Both the position numbers and the translations under genes were made by a program. From the NCBI GenBank assembly GCA_034521595.1, contig JAXHMG010000003.1, forward strand, positions 64,001 through 128,000: a stretch of DNA of 64,000 nucleotides, read 5' to 3'. The notes beneath the pieces were generated by a model. The model did no database searches. It was not told the DNA's origin and worked only from the letters and a program-made list of their open reading frames with translations. Origin of the DNA: Gemmatimonadota bacterium. Its GTDB lineage: Bacteria; Gemmatimonadota; Gemmatimonadetes; Longimicrobiales; Gaopeijiaceae. This document shows, piece after piece, positions 18,894 through 28,728 of this stretch. Within the stretch, counting starts at the first letter, position 1, and each line of letters starts with the position of its first letter.

Positions 18894-20540
18894 TCATCCG
18901 CCGGGCTGGAGGGGAGGCGTCGTGTCGGGCGGCCGGCGGTGCCCGGTCACTCGTTCGAAAGCGCGTGCTATGCGGATCAGCGTGGCTTCGTCCCAGGCCT
19001 TGCCCATGATTTGAAGGCCCGTTGGAAGAGCACCGTTTCGCACGAAGCCCATGGGAACGGTCATCGCCGGGAACCCCGTGGGCGGCGACAGGGCCTGGCT
19101 GTTGTTCCCGTGCGGGGTGGTCAGGTCTCCGATGAGCCTCGGTGGGTTGTTCCACGTCGGGTAGACGAGCGCCTGGACGTCGTGACTGTCCATCGCGCTG
19201 CGCACCGCGTCACGAAGCCGCTCCTCGTTGCGGGCGGCCTCCCGGCATCGCTCGTCCTCGTCCGGTGGAACGGAGTCGCGGCTCAGGATCCCACGGATCC
19301 GCGGCATGACGGTAACATGGACTTCTCCACTTTCCTCGATCTGCCGCAAGGTGCGCACCGGTGGGTCGGGAAGCGTCGCCAGATACCGCTCGAGGTCGTG
19401 TCGGAAGCGCGAGCATCCGAGCCCTTCTCTCAGATCGTCCAGGTCGGGAATCCGGAAATCGGTTGCCACCCCTGCGCCCAGGGCGCGGAGCGTGTCGAGG
19501 GCGTCCGTGAAGCGCGCGAGCACCTCCGGGTCCGCGGTGCGTGTGTATGCGAGCTGGCCGACGACTCCGATCCGGACACCGGTCAGATCAGCGCCCATGG
19601 CGTCGAGATAGCTCTTGGCCCGACGGTCATCGGCTTCCGCGGTGACGGCATCGGCGGAATCGGTGCCGGCGATGACGTCCAGGACCCGGACCGCGTCTTC
19701 CACCGTCCGCGCCAACGGGCCGCCGACGTCGCGCGTGGCGGAGAGCGGAACGATGCCGTCGCGGCTCGTCAGGCCCTGGGTCGAGCGGACGCCCACGAGG
19801 GCAGTGTGACTGGCCGGCCCCCGGATCGAGTTCCCGGTATCGGTTCCGAGCCCGACGAGCCCGAAATTCGCAGCGATCGCGGCCGCCGTCCCGCCGGACG
19901 AGCCCGCGGGCACACGGTTCAGCGCGTACGGATTGAACGTGTACCCCGGGAGCGCCGAGCCGATGGTCTCGTAGGGGGTGAAGGCGAACTCGGCCATGTT
20001 CGATTTGGCGAGCACGATCGCTCCGGCTTCCCGGATTCGTCGCACCTGGTGCGCGTCGTCCGCCGGGACGGATCCCTCCAGCGCCGCGGACCCCGCCGTG
20101 GTCGGCATGTCGTGCGTGTCGTAGTTGTCCTTGACGATGAACGGGACCCCGTGGAGAGGCCCGCTCAGCCGCCCGGTGCGGCCGAACCGGGCATCCAGCG
20201 AGTCGGCCCGCTCGAGCGCGCGCGGGTTCAGCCGGAGAATCGCGTTCAGGGAAGGTCCGTTCCGGTCGTATGCATCGATCCGGCGCAGGTAGGCGACCAC
20301 CAGATCGCGGGTGGTGAGGGTGCCTGCCCGCATGGCGCTGTGGGCCCGCTCGATGGTGAGTTCCCGGAGCTCGACCCCGCCGACCCGCTGCGCATGGGCC
20401 CGCTCCGGGGTGAGGAAGGCGGTCAAGACCGTGATCGCGAGCGTGAGTGGCAGGAAGGCGAAGCGCGCCCGGTCCGAGCGGATCGGGGGTGCGGGTCGGG
20501 TCATGAGCGCCGTCGGAATCCTCCGGGCGGTGATGGTCAT
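18894..20540 (-). CDS. Secreted amidase-signature-family enzyme
   Basis: VKDN, GSSGG, GTDTGNSIRGPA. ATGA overlap with the upstream gene. Confidence 0.92.
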   Translation of the reverse strand: MTITARRIPTALMTRPAPPIRSDRARFAFLPLTLAITVLTAFLTPERAHAQRVGGVELRELTIERAHSAMRAGTLTTRDLVVAYLRRIDAYDRNGPSLNAILRLNPRALERADSLDARFGRTGRLSGPLHGVPFIVKDNYDTHDMPTTAGSAALEGSVPADDAHQVRRIREAGAIVLAKSNMAEFAFTPYETIGSALPGYTFNPYALNRVPAGSSGGTAAAIAANFGLVGLGTDTGNSIRGPASHTALVGVRSTQGLTSRDGIVPLSATRDVGGPLARTVEDAVRVLDVIAGTDSADAVTAEADDRRAKSYLDAMGADLTGVRIGVVGQLAYTRTADPEVLARFTDALDTLRALGAGVATDFRIPDLDDLREGLGCSRFRHDLERYLATLPDPPVRTLRQIEESGEVHVTVMPRIRGILSRDSVPPDEDERCREAARNEERLRDAVRSAMDSHDVQALVYPTWNNPPRLIGDLTTPHGNNSQALSPPTGFPAMTVPMGFVRNGALPTGLQIMGKAWDEATLIRIARAFERVTGHRRPPDTTPPLQPGG

Positions 20541-21244
20541 GCGGGCTGGTCTCCCCGTTCCGCGAGCGCTCGGGCACGCGCCCAAACCTGGTCGAACATG
20601 GACTCCGTCAATCTACCCGTGAACGTATTCTGCTGGCTCGGATGATACGATGCGAGCACGGTCGGGAATCCCTCGAGAGGGACCTCGACGCCATGCCCGA
20701 AGTTCGGGCGTGGGCTGGGGACCGGTGCGGAGCGGTCCGCGAACACGCGGAGGACATGGGCGTACGCCATCCCGCCCAGTACCACCACCACGCGTACCGT
20801 GCTCCGGAGGAGGTCCAGCTCGCACTCCAGCCACTCCCGGCACGTCTCCCGTTCGGTCGCCGTGGGCTTGTTGGCGGGAGGAGCGCACCGGACCATGGCG
20901 GTGATCCACACGTCCCGAAGCTCGAGACCGTCGTCCCGTGACACCGCGTCCGGCTGGTTGGCGAGTCCGGCCCGGTGCAGCGCCCCGTACAGCCAGTCGC
21001 CCGAGCGGTCTCCCGTGAACATGCGCCCCGTGCGGTTCGCGCCGTGCGCGGCGGGCGCGAGCCCCAGGACCAGGATTCGTGCTCCGGGATCACCGAACGA
21101 GGGCACCGGCCGGCCCCAATACGACTGCTGCCGGAACGCGGCGCGCTTCTCCTCGGCGACCCGCTCGCGCCAAGCGACGAGGCGTGGGCAGCGGCGGCAG
21201 GCGACGATTCGGTCGTTGAGTGTGTCGAGTTCGGTCGCGGGCAT
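20537..21244 (-). CDS. Uracil-DNA glycosylase family 5 (UdgB-like, Fe-S)
   Basis: CRRCPRL, GLAPAAHGANRTGRMFTGD, CAPPANKP, HPSQQN. Confidence 0.93.
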   Translation of the reverse strand: MPATELDTLNDRIVACRRCPRLVAWRERVAEEKRAAFRQQSYWGRPVPSFGDPGARILVLGLAPAAHGANRTGRMFTGDRSGDWLYGALHRAGLANQPDAVSRDDGLELRDVWITAMVRCAPPANKPTATERETCREWLECELDLLRSTVRVVVVLGGMAYAHVLRVFADRSAPVPSPRPNFGHGVEVPLEGFPTVLASYHPSQQNTFTGRLTESMFDQVWARARALAERGDQPA

Positions 21245-21404
21245 CGCGGACGGTGGAGCGTTGAGAGGCGCTGGGTCGGGGTCCGCGAAAGTAGAGGAGG
21301 GGGGCCACGGAGGGACAGGGCGCGGTGGCCCAGACCGGGACGCCGCTGCATGTTCCGGTCCCGCGGGGCAGCCCGTTCCACCAGCCGAGTCGGAGTCCGC
21401 CTGC

Positions 21405-22193
21405 ATGTCCGAAGCCGTGACGTACGGCAAGTACCTCAAGCTCGACGAGCTCCTCTCCCTGCAGCAGCCGAGGGACCGGATGGAGCACGACGAGATGCTC
21501 TTCATCGTCATCCATCAGGTCTACGAGCTCTGGTTCAAGGAAGTGCTGCACGAGCTCGACTACGCGTGCGTGCTCCTGCGGGAGGAAGGGGACGCGGCCC
21601 GTGCGCAGCACACGCTCTTCAGGGTGCTCAAGGTGCTCAAGGTCCTGGTCGCGCAGCTCGACGTGCTGGAGACGATGACGCCCACCGAGTTCCTCACGTT
21701 CCGTGAGCACCTCGATCGGGCCAGCGGCTTCCAGTCGGACCAGTTCCGGGCCCTCGAGTTCGTGCTCGGCCGGAAGCGCCGCGAGAGCGTGGAGCGCTTC
21801 GACGAGGGAACACGAGCCCGAACCGCCCTCGAAGCTCGGTGGAACGAGCCGACCCTCTGGGACGCTTTCCTCCACTACCTCGCGGGTGAAGGGTACGGGG
21901 TCCCGGAGGACCAACTTGCCCGGGATCCGGTCGCGACGATCGAGCCGTCCCCGGCGCTGCAGGACGTGTTGTTGGAGATCTACCGGCGGGACTCCAAGAA
22001 CGCCCAGCTTTGTGAGCACTTCGTGGACTTGGACGAAGGGCTGCAAGAGTGGCGATACCGGCACGTGAAGATGGTCGAGCGGACGATCGGCTCGAAGACG
22101 GGGACCGGCGGGTCGGCGGGCTCCACGTACCTCCACTCCACCTTCGACCAGCCCCTCTTTCCCGATCTCTGGGAGATCCGGGCACGGCTATGA
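21405..22193 (+). CDS. kynA: Tryptophan 2,3-dioxygenase
   Basis: TYGKYLKLDELL, FIVIHQVYELWFK, SGFQS, WRYRHVKMVERTIG.KTGTGGS. Confidence 0.95.
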   Translation: MSEAVTYGKYLKLDELLSLQQPRDRMEHDEMLFIVIHQVYELWFKEVLHELDYACVLLREEGDAARAQHTLFRVLKVLKVLVAQLDVLETMTPTEFLTFREHLDRASGFQSDQFRALEFVLGRKRRESVERFDEGTRARTALEARWNEPTLWDAFLHYLAGEGYGVPEDQLARDPVATIEPSPALQDVLLEIYRRDSKNAQLCEHFVDLDEGLQEWRYRHVKMVERTIGSKTGTGGSAGSTYLHSTFDQPLFPDLWEIRARL

Positions 22194-23446
22194 GTCGGAT
22201 GCACGTCCAGCACGAAAAGCGGGCGGACCTCGAACGGTCGGGTGTCCGGCGGACCGCCGAAGCGTTTCGCACGTCCCCGAACCCGATCGCCGACCGCTAT
22301 TCCCGTTTCCGGGTGAGCGAGCGGCTGCTCCTGACCGGGCATTCGCATCAAGCCTGGCCGGATGCGGCGTTCGAGGGGCAGCAACAGGCTTGGCTCGATG
22401 CGGCCGAATGGGTGGACGACAAGTGGGTGCGAGTGGCCGAGCAGAGTGAGCGGGTCGCCGACGGATATCGCCGACTCATGGGGGGCGTCTCGGGTGATCT
22501 CGCCCTCGATGCCAACACCCACGCGCTCGTCGTACGGTTCCTTTCGGCGCTCCCCCTCCGCGGCCGACCGCGCGTGGTCACGACTGACGCGGAGTTCCAC
22601 ACCATTCGCCGGCAGCTCGACCGGCTGGCCGAGGAAGGCATCGAGGTGGTGAAGGTGCCCGCGGCGCCGGTCGACTCGCTGGCCGAGCGCTTGGCCGACC
22701 GGATCGACGACCGCACGGCGTGCGCGATGTTGTCCTCCGTTCTGTATGCCAGCGGTCTCGTCGTGCCCGGCCTGCCGGTGGTCGCGGACGCGTGCCTCAG
22801 GCACGGGGCCGAGCTCCTCGTGGACGCGTACCACCAGTTGAACGTCGTTCCGTTCGATCCCGCGGGACTCGAGCGCGCGTTCATCGTGGGCGGCGGCTAC
22901 AAGTACTGTCAGATGGGCGAGGGAGTCTGCGTCATGCGTATTCCCGAGGGATGCCGGCTGCGTCCCGTGGTGACGGGTTGGTTCAGCGAGTTCGGGGATG
23001 TGGCCGTGTCGCCCCCTCGGGTCGAGGTTCCCTACGGCGCCGGAGCGGCGCGCTTCGCCGGCTCGACGTTCGATCCCACGTCGCATTATCGCGCGGCCCG
23101 CGTGTTTCGCTTCTTCGAGGAAGAAGAGCTCGACGTGCCTCTGCTCCGGGCCGTCAATCGCCATCAGGTGGATCTCCTCGTCGACACGTTCCGCGGGATC
23201 GACGCCGACCCTTCCGTCGTGTCCCTCGACGAGGACGTGGACGGTGCCTCCCGGGGCGGCTTTCTCGCGCTGCGCGCGCCCGAGGCGGCTGCGCTGTCGG
23301 AGGCGCTCGCCGTACGAGGAGTCCGTACCGACGTCCGCGGAGACGTGCTCCGCTTCGGTCCCGCGCCCTACCTCAGCGACCAGCAGGTCCGTGCCGCGAT
23401 GGAGGCTCTGGGCGAGGTGCTTCGAGAGGATGTCACTCCGGGGTGA
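22190..23446 (+). CDS. kynU: Kynureninase (PLP-dependent, class V fold)
   Basis: LTGHSHQ, DAYH, GGYKY, TGWF, LRFGPAPY. ATGA-coupled to kynA. Confidence 0.82.
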   Translation: MSRMHVQHEKRADLERSGVRRTAEAFRTSPNPIADRYSRFRVSERLLLTGHSHQAWPDAAFEGQQQAWLDAAEWVDDKWVRVAEQSERVADGYRRLMGGVSGDLALDANTHALVVRFLSALPLRGRPRVVTTDAEFHTIRRQLDRLAEEGIEVVKVPAAPVDSLAERLADRIDDRTACAMLSSVLYASGLVVPGLPVVADACLRHGAELLVDAYHQLNVVPFDPAGLERAFIVGGGYKYCQMGEGVCVMRIPEGCRLRPVVTGWFSEFGDVAVSPPRVEVPYGAGAARFAGSTFDPTSHYRAARVFRFFEEEELDVPLLRAVNRHQVDLLVDTFRGIDADPSVVSLDEDVDGASRGGFLALRAPEAAALSEALAVRGVRTDVRGDVLRFGPAPYLSDQQVRAAMEALGEVLREDVTPG

Positions 23447-23891
23447 TCACGGGACCGAGGTGTGCTTCGTCACCGACCGCGATCTCGCCGTCATCGAGCA
23501 CGACCGCGTAGACGCCGCCGTTCCACGCCGTGGCGAGGGCCTGGGTGAGACCCGGACATTGCAGGTCCATTCGCTCGCACGGACGGGTTTCGCCACGGAT
23601 CCACAGGCGGACCCCACCGAGTGAAAGCGTGCGGCCACGGGTTCCACGTAGCCGCACCCCCCGGACCATCACGTTGGCCCGCCGCATGGACGGATCGGCG
23701 TCGGGGAGGTCTTCGCGGATGCGTTCGAAGACCTCGTGCTCGATCACCGTCACCTGACGCCGGCTGCGGCCGAAGTTCGCGTCCGTCGCGATGCCTTCGC
23801 CCGAGACGAGTCTCGCTCGATCGACGGAATCCATGGGACCGCGCCGGGCGCGCTTGATCCAGATCGCCTCGATCCGGCCCGGGGGTACCAT
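23433..23891 (-). CDS. MOSC-domain protein
   Basis: RQVTVIE, RRANV, ETRPCERMD, GGVYAVVLDDGEIAVGD. Alternative GTG start at 23900. Confidence 0.88.
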   Translation of the reverse strand: MVPPGRIEAIWIKRARRGPMDSVDRARLVSGEGIATDANFGRSRRQVTVIEHEVFERIREDLPDADPSMRRANVMVRGVRLRGTRGRTLSLGGVRLWIRGETRPCERMDLQCPGLTQALATAWNGGVYAVVLDDGEIAVGDEAHLGPVITPE

Positions 23892-23896
23892 GCACT

Positions 23897-25219
23897 TCAC
23901 CGCGGGAGTGACTCTCGGAGGACCCGGAGCGTGTTCCCTCCGAGGATCCGCACGACGTCCTCCTGCGTGAATCCTTCGTTCAGCAGGGCGTCGACAAGGT
24001 GATCCGTTCCCGACGCGTCCACGATCACCGGCACGGCGCCGTCCCAGTCCGAGCCGAGCGCGACGTGCCGAGTTCCCACCCGGTCCGCCGCGTAGCGCAC
24101 GGCCCGGGCCCAGTCGGCGGGGGTCCGACCGCAAATGGCGTCCGGCCACAGGCCGATGCCGATGATCCCCCCCGTGCTCGTGATCGCTTCCAATCGGCCG
24201 TCGTCCAGGTTCCTCGGGCTCGGGCAGGTGCCGTCCACGCCGGTGTGGGAGACCACGACCGGACGGGTCGTCCGAGCGACGACATCGTCGATGAGGGCGG
24301 GGGAGGCATGGGCGAGATCGACGAGCATGCCCAACGCGTCCATGCGGTCCAGGAGTCGCGTGCCGAAGTCGGTCAGCCCGCCCTTCTCGATCCCGTGCGC
24401 GGAGCCGCCCGCCGCATTGTCGAAGAAGTGGGTGAGGCCGATCATGCGAAATCCCGCCTCGAACAGAAGGTCGACGTTGGACGCCGTTCCTTCGAGGGCG
24501 TGGGCCCCTTCCAGGCTGAGCAGCCCCGCCACCGTTCCGTCGCCGGGCGCGTGGCCGGCGAGAAACCCACTCAGGTCGCTTCGTGATTCGATCATCCTCA
24601 GTCGCCCGTTCGCCCTCGCGGCGGTCCGCCGGAGCCGATCCGCCTGGTGGAGCGCTCGCTGGAGCGGGCTTCGCCAAGTCCGGAGGGGCCAGAGCTGGAG
24701 CATCGCCAGGGCGGTGATCTGGTCCGAGTCTCCCGCGTTGGCATGGAGGTTGACCCCCCGAGGCACCTTCGTCACCACGGAGAACACCTGCACCGCCACC
24801 CGTCCTTTCACCAGGCGAGGGAGGTCGATGTGGCCACGCCCCCTCGGCTCGAGCAGGTTCGTGTCCCACAGCAGCGCGTCCGAGTGGAGGTCGACGATGC
24901 GGAGCGTGTCGTGGAGACTCGTCGCCTCCTCCGCCAACGGACCGGACGGATGGGTGGGCGTCGGATTCAGGCGTGCGGTCACCAGGCCCGGACCGAGCCA
25001 GAGGGCGAGGACCGCGGCGGCTCCGAGGGTGAAGAGGGCGAGGAGAAGGATGTGGGGGAGACAGGCGCCGGACGGGCCCGAGACCTCTCGATCGAACGAC
25101 ACGACCTGCCGGATCGGCGTGCGGTGGACGGAGCCCTCGTACAGCTCGTGCCGGAGGGAGCCCACGCCGTCTCCGACGGCCAGGAACGTCTTTTCGCGGG
25201 CTCCCGTTTCGAACATCAT
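23897..25219 (-). CDS. Membrane dipeptidase (M19); start uncertain
   Basis: DLHSD, LEGAH, DLAH, VVSHTG, HVALGSDWDG, TM anchor, preceded by an unusual extension of about 55 aa. Confidence 0.85.
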   Translation of the reverse strand: MMFETGAREKTFLAVGDGVGSLRHELYEGSVHRTPIRQVVSFDREVSGPSGACLPHILLLALFTLGAAAVLALWLGPGLVTARLNPTPTHPSGPLAEEATSLHDTLRIVDLHSDALLWDTNLLEPRGRGHIDLPRLVKGRVAVQVFSVVTKVPRGVNLHANAGDSDQITALAMLQLWPLRTWRSPLQRALHQADRLRRTAARANGRLRMIESRSDLSGFLAGHAPGDGTVAGLLSLEGAHALEGTASNVDLLFEAGFRMIGLTHFFDNAAGGSAHGIEKGGLTDFGTRLLDRMDALGMLVDLAHASPALIDDVVARTTRPVVVSHTGVDGTCPSPRNLDDGRLEAITSTGGIIGIGLWPDAICGRTPADWARAVRYAADRVGTRHVALGSDWDGAVPVIVDASGTDHLVDALLNEGFTQEDVVRILGGNTLRVLRESLPR

Positions 25220-25335
25220 ACCGAGTAGACGCCGTGGCGTGCGCGTGGGCCCATGGCGCCGGTAACGACGCAGATCTCGACTGCCGTCCCGTCGTCGAAC
25301 TGGAGCTCGATGTCCCTGCACCGGGAACAGGTCAC
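25216..25335 (-). CDS. Candidate 39-aa CxxC small ORF or frameshifted gene remnant
   Basis: GGAGG then GTG at 25335: VTCSRCRDIELQFDDGTAVEICVVTGAMGPRARHGVYSV, GC3-biased codons, ATGA overlap with the next gene. Confidence 0.35.
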   Translation of the reverse strand: MTCSRCRDIELQFDDGTAVEICVVTGAMGPRARHGVYSV

Positions 25336-25370
25336 GGGCCCTCCGGGATTGCAGAATCGCACGATAAGAG

Positions 25371-25386
25371 TGCAAAATAATCGCCA
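25371..25386 (-). promoter_or_regulatory. Candidate sigma54 (-24/-12) promoter
   Basis: Minus strand TGGCGATTATTTTGCA, exact GG-N10-GC spacing, in an AT-rich intergenic patch. Confidence 0.45.
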
Positions 25387-25421
25387 ACGCCGTCCCCCCA
25401 CCGCAACAGGACGTCCGCCCC

Positions 25422-25919
25422 ATGCGCGTGATCGGTGTCATCTCGGATACCCACGGCCTCCTGAGAGACGAGGCTCTCGCCCGCCTCCAGGGATCCGACC
25501 TCATCCTCCACGCCGGCGATGTCGGCGACATCGGGATCATCCGACGGCTCTCGGAGATCGCTCCGGTGAGAGCCGTCCGGGGGAATACCGACGGAGGAGA
25601 CCTCGCGGAGGCGCTTCCGGAAACCGACGTGATCGACCTCACCTCCCCGCATGGTAGCGTATCGACCGAGGGCCGGGGGCCGCTGGCGTATCTCATGCAC
25701 GGACACCGGGCCCTCGAACTCGACCCGGTCGCTGCCGGCTTCCGGGTGCTCATACACGGACATACGCACCAACCCTCCGTGTCCGAGCGGGACGGGGTGC
25801 TTTACTTCAATCCGGGAAGCGCCGGTCCCCGCCGTTTCAATCTCCCCGTCACCGTGGGGTGTCTCCGGATCGAGGGTCCGGACGTGGCACCGGAGGTCGT
25901 GGATCTGGACGTCGACTGA
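25422..25919 (+). CDS. YfcE/MJ0936-family metallophosphoesterase
   Basis: ISDTHG, HAGD, VRGN, HGHTH, NPGS. Confidence 0.93.
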   Translation: MRVIGVISDTHGLLRDEALARLQGSDLILHAGDVGDIGIIRRLSEIAPVRAVRGNTDGGDLAEALPETDVIDLTSPHGSVSTEGRGPLAYLMHGHRALELDPVAAGFRVLIHGHTHQPSVSERDGVLYFNPGSAGPRRFNLPVTVGCLRIEGPDVAPEVVDLDVD

Positions 25920-25933
25920 TCCCGGGTGCCTTC

Positions 25934-26731
25934 TCACCGCGCCGACGTATGCCGGTCGAGGCCCGCCTCGCAGCGCACACGGCCCGTGCGCAACGTTTCC
26001 GCGAGCCGGGCCCGACTCTCAGGCACGTGGTCGCGCGGGAGGGTGGGGTGATTCAGGTGATAAAGGATGGCGTGTCCGTACACGAGCTTCCGTCGAAGGC
26101 CGAGGTGATAGAGGCGTGAGGCGAAGTCCGAGTCTTCTCCGATGCCCCATCCCGAGTACGCTTCGTCGAAGCCGTTGACGGCTTCCGCGTCGGTGCGCCA
26201 GCAAGCCAGATTGCACCCGAGGATCCCTCGTTGCTCGGAATTCTCCAAGACGAGCGGCTTGGGCGAGCGCAGCCCTTTGGCCGCCCTGTCGATGCGACCT
26301 CGCACTGCCCACGAGAAGAGGCGCACGCGTTCCGGATCGAACTCGGGCACGTACGGCTCCCGCACGAAGCACCTCCGGCCCTGAACCCAGAAACCGGGCT
26401 CGGCCAGCTTCGCGTGATCGGAGACGAACCGAGGGTGGGGCACACAGTCCGCGTCCGTGAAGATCACGTAATCGCTCGTCACCGCGGCGAGCGCGCGGTT
26501 GAGGATGACCGTTTTGCGGAACCCATCGTCCGCATGCCACAGATGCCGGGCGGGAATGGCGGAGCGTCGGATCCAAGCGTCGACGAGCGTGCGCGTATCC
26601 GCTCCCGATCCGTCGTCCGCCACCAGGACCTCGTCCGGAGGGCGGCGCTGAAGGTCCACGGCCCGGAGGACCTTGGCCAGCACCTCGGTCTGGTTGTAGG
26701 CGCTGATGATCAGCGCGATCGACGTACCCAA
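25934..26731 (-). CDS. Glycosyltransferase family 2
   Basis: IISAYN, VADDGS, FTDADC, VNGFDE..GWG.GEDSD. Confidence 0.92.
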   Translation of the reverse strand: MGTSIALIISAYNQTEVLAKVLRAVDLQRRPPDEVLVADDGSGADTRTLVDAWIRRSAIPARHLWHADDGFRKTVILNRALAAVTSDYVIFTDADCVPHPRFVSDHAKLAEPGFWVQGRRCFVREPYVPEFDPERVRLFSWAVRGRIDRAAKGLRSPKPLVLENSEQRGILGCNLACWRTDAEAVNGFDEAYSGWGIGEDSDFASRLYHLGLRRKLVYGHAILYHLNHPTLPRDHVPESRARLAETLRTGRVRCEAGLDRHTSAR

Positions 26732-26738
26732 GGCTCGG

Positions 26739-27830
26739 TCAGAAGGTATCGAGGAGGCGCTGGAGCTCGCGCGCGTCGTCGGTTCGGGAGAGCGCCAACA
26801 TGAGGAGGATCCGGGCCTTGTGGGGTGGAAGATCCGGGGCCAGGAGGGCCCCCAGGGGTGCGGCGGGGTCGCCCACGATCCGGCCGCCCGGCACCCGTGA
26901 CGCCAGCACCACGGGCACGCGCCGCTCGACGGCGTCGAGGATGCCGCGGCGGGTGCCGGGGCTCACGCGGCCGCCCGCGAACGTCGCGACGACGATGCCG
27001 TCCACCTCGCGACCGGCCACGCGTGCGACACGCGAGGCCTCGGCTCCTGTGTAGTCCGTGACGATCGCGACCCGGGGAAGCTCGTCGATGCCGCGGACAT
27101 CGAACGGGCTCTCGGTCGTGTGCGGACGCAGAGCTTTCCGGTGGAACGCGACCGTGTCGGGGTCGGCGTACCCGAGAAAGCCGAGCTCGGGCGAACGGAA
27201 GGTGTCCACACGCTGGTTGTGCGTCTTCCACACATCACGTGCGGCCGCGATGTCCTCGTTGAGCACGACGAGCACCCCGTGCCCCGATGCTTCCGGATCG
27301 ACCGCGACTCGGACCGCGTTGACCAGGTTCGCCGGGCCGTCCGCGGAGATGGCCGTAGCCGAGCGCATGGCGCCCACGAGCACGACGGGGCGCGGATCGC
27401 GCACCGTCAGGTTCAGGAAGAACGCCGTCTCTTCGAGCGTGTCCGTGCCGTGGGTGATGACGATGCCCCGCAGGTCCGGATCGCTCTCGAGCAGGTCGTT
27501 CACCCGACGCGCCAGCGTGAGCCAGTGCTCCGGAGTCATCTGTGAGGAGCCGATGCGGTAGATCTCCTCCACCGTGACGTCCGCGTGGTCGAGCACCGCG
27601 GGCACGGCGGCGACCAGGCTGTCGCCGGCCAACGAGCCGGCGGGTCGGCTGGCGATGGTTCCTCCGGTCGTGATGACGACCACGCGCGGGCGGTCCGGTT
27701 CCTGGGCCTTCAGAGCGCGCCCTTCCGGGAATGCGGTCAGGACCGTGACCGCGACCGCGAGCCCCGCGACCGCGAGCTTCGAGGCGGGACGAGCGCGCGG
27801 AGGTCGCGCCGGGGAGCGAGGCGGAGTCAT
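26739..27830 (-). CDS. Secreted type II L-asparaginase/glutaminase
   Basis: Signal peptide, TTGGTIA, THGTDTLEET, SADGPANL. Confidence 0.92.
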   Translation of the reverse strand: MTPPRSPARPPRARPASKLAVAGLAVAVTVLTAFPEGRALKAQEPDRPRVVVITTGGTIASRPAGSLAGDSLVAAVPAVLDHADVTVEEIYRIGSSQMTPEHWLTLARRVNDLLESDPDLRGIVITHGTDTLEETAFFLNLTVRDPRPVVLVGAMRSATAISADGPANLVNAVRVAVDPEASGHGVLVVLNEDIAAARDVWKTHNQRVDTFRSPELGFLGYADPDTVAFHRKALRPHTTESPFDVRGIDELPRVAIVTDYTGAEASRVARVAGREVDGIVVATFAGGRVSPGTRRGILDAVERRVPVVLASRVPGGRIVGDPAAPLGALLAPDLPPHKARILLMLALSRTDDARELQRLLDTF

Positions 27831-27863
27831 ACGGTCGGCATGACGTGGCGGCGCGATACGCCT

Positions 27864-28223
27864 TCAGTTCCGGCTGGCCGAGGCGGGAGGCGGCGTCTCG
27901 GAAAAGCGGGTGACGGCGTGCACGATCCCCCGCGCGGCACGGTCCGGATCGTCGAGTATCACTTCCCGGTCGCGAGGGCTCGTGAGGAAGCCCGTCTCGA
28001 GGATGACCGCGATGGTCATCGGGTGGAGCGCGTGCTCGTAGCGACGGAAGTTGAACGCGTAATAGTTTCGCATTCTCCGTGTGGTCGTCGGGAGCCGGCG
28101 CAGCCCGGTGAGGCTTCCGTAGCTCTCGTCGAGCAGGGCCGCCATGCGATCGGCGCGCCCAGTCGCGTCGCGCCTGAGCGCGGCGGCCCCCACCGCCAGC
28201 TGCAGAGGTCGAAACCGTGTCAC
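27864..28223 (-). pseudogene. N-acetylmuramoyl-L-alanine amidase (Amidase_3) C-terminal fragment, probable internal deletion
   Basis: AGGAG RBS and GTG, 16 signal-like residues joined directly to RRDATGRA...AVILETGFLTSPRDR...AARGI. The N-terminal Zn-ligand motifs are absent. Confidence 0.65.
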
Positions 28224-28356
28224 GTTCGTCTCCTGGTCACGTGATGAGGGCGGGTGCGGGGCCCCGACGACGAGGTTAGGGTACCACGCTACGGGCGCGA
28301 CGCCCCGTCGGCAACGCCCCGACTCCCTGTCGAGATTCCCGTCCGAGGAGGATTCC

Positions 28357-28728
28357 ATGCGGAGCGCGTTGACGGTATTCATGGCGCTACACGCGATCGC
28401 GCACCTCGTAGGGTTCGCCGTGGCCTGGCGCCTGCTCGAGTCGGACGAGGTGCCTTTCAAGACGACGTTGTGGTTCGGGCTTCTGGACGTGGGGCCGGTG
28501 GGCATCCGGCTCGTCGGGTTGCTCTGGCTTACGCTCGCCGTGCTCTTCCTCGTGGCTTCGGGAGGGGCGCTCCTGGGGCAACCGTGGTGGATGGGGCTCG
28601 CTTGGGCGACCGCCGGGACCTCGCTCGTGCTGTCGGTGCTCTCCCTTCCGGAAGCGCGCATCGGGATCGTGGCGAACGCCTTCGTGATCGGTGCGCTCGC
28701 GCTCGGACCACGGCTGGGGTGGTGGTGA
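28357..28728 (+). CDS. Hypothetical membrane protein
   Basis: GAGGAG RBS, about four hydrophobic helices, HAIAH motif. Confidence 0.78.
   Translation: MRSALTVFMALHAIAHLVGFAVAWRLLESDEVPFKTTLWFGLLDVGPVGIRLVGLLWLTLAVLFLVASGGALLGQPWWMGLAWATAGTSLVLSVLSLPEARIGIVANAFVIGALALGPRLGWW

Noticed and set aside
25216-25221. TGA followed by TGT on the minus strand as a second selenocysteine site
   Set aside because: Readthrough gives Ser/Arg-rich non-coding-like sequence, and I see no redox-motif context or convincing hairpin.
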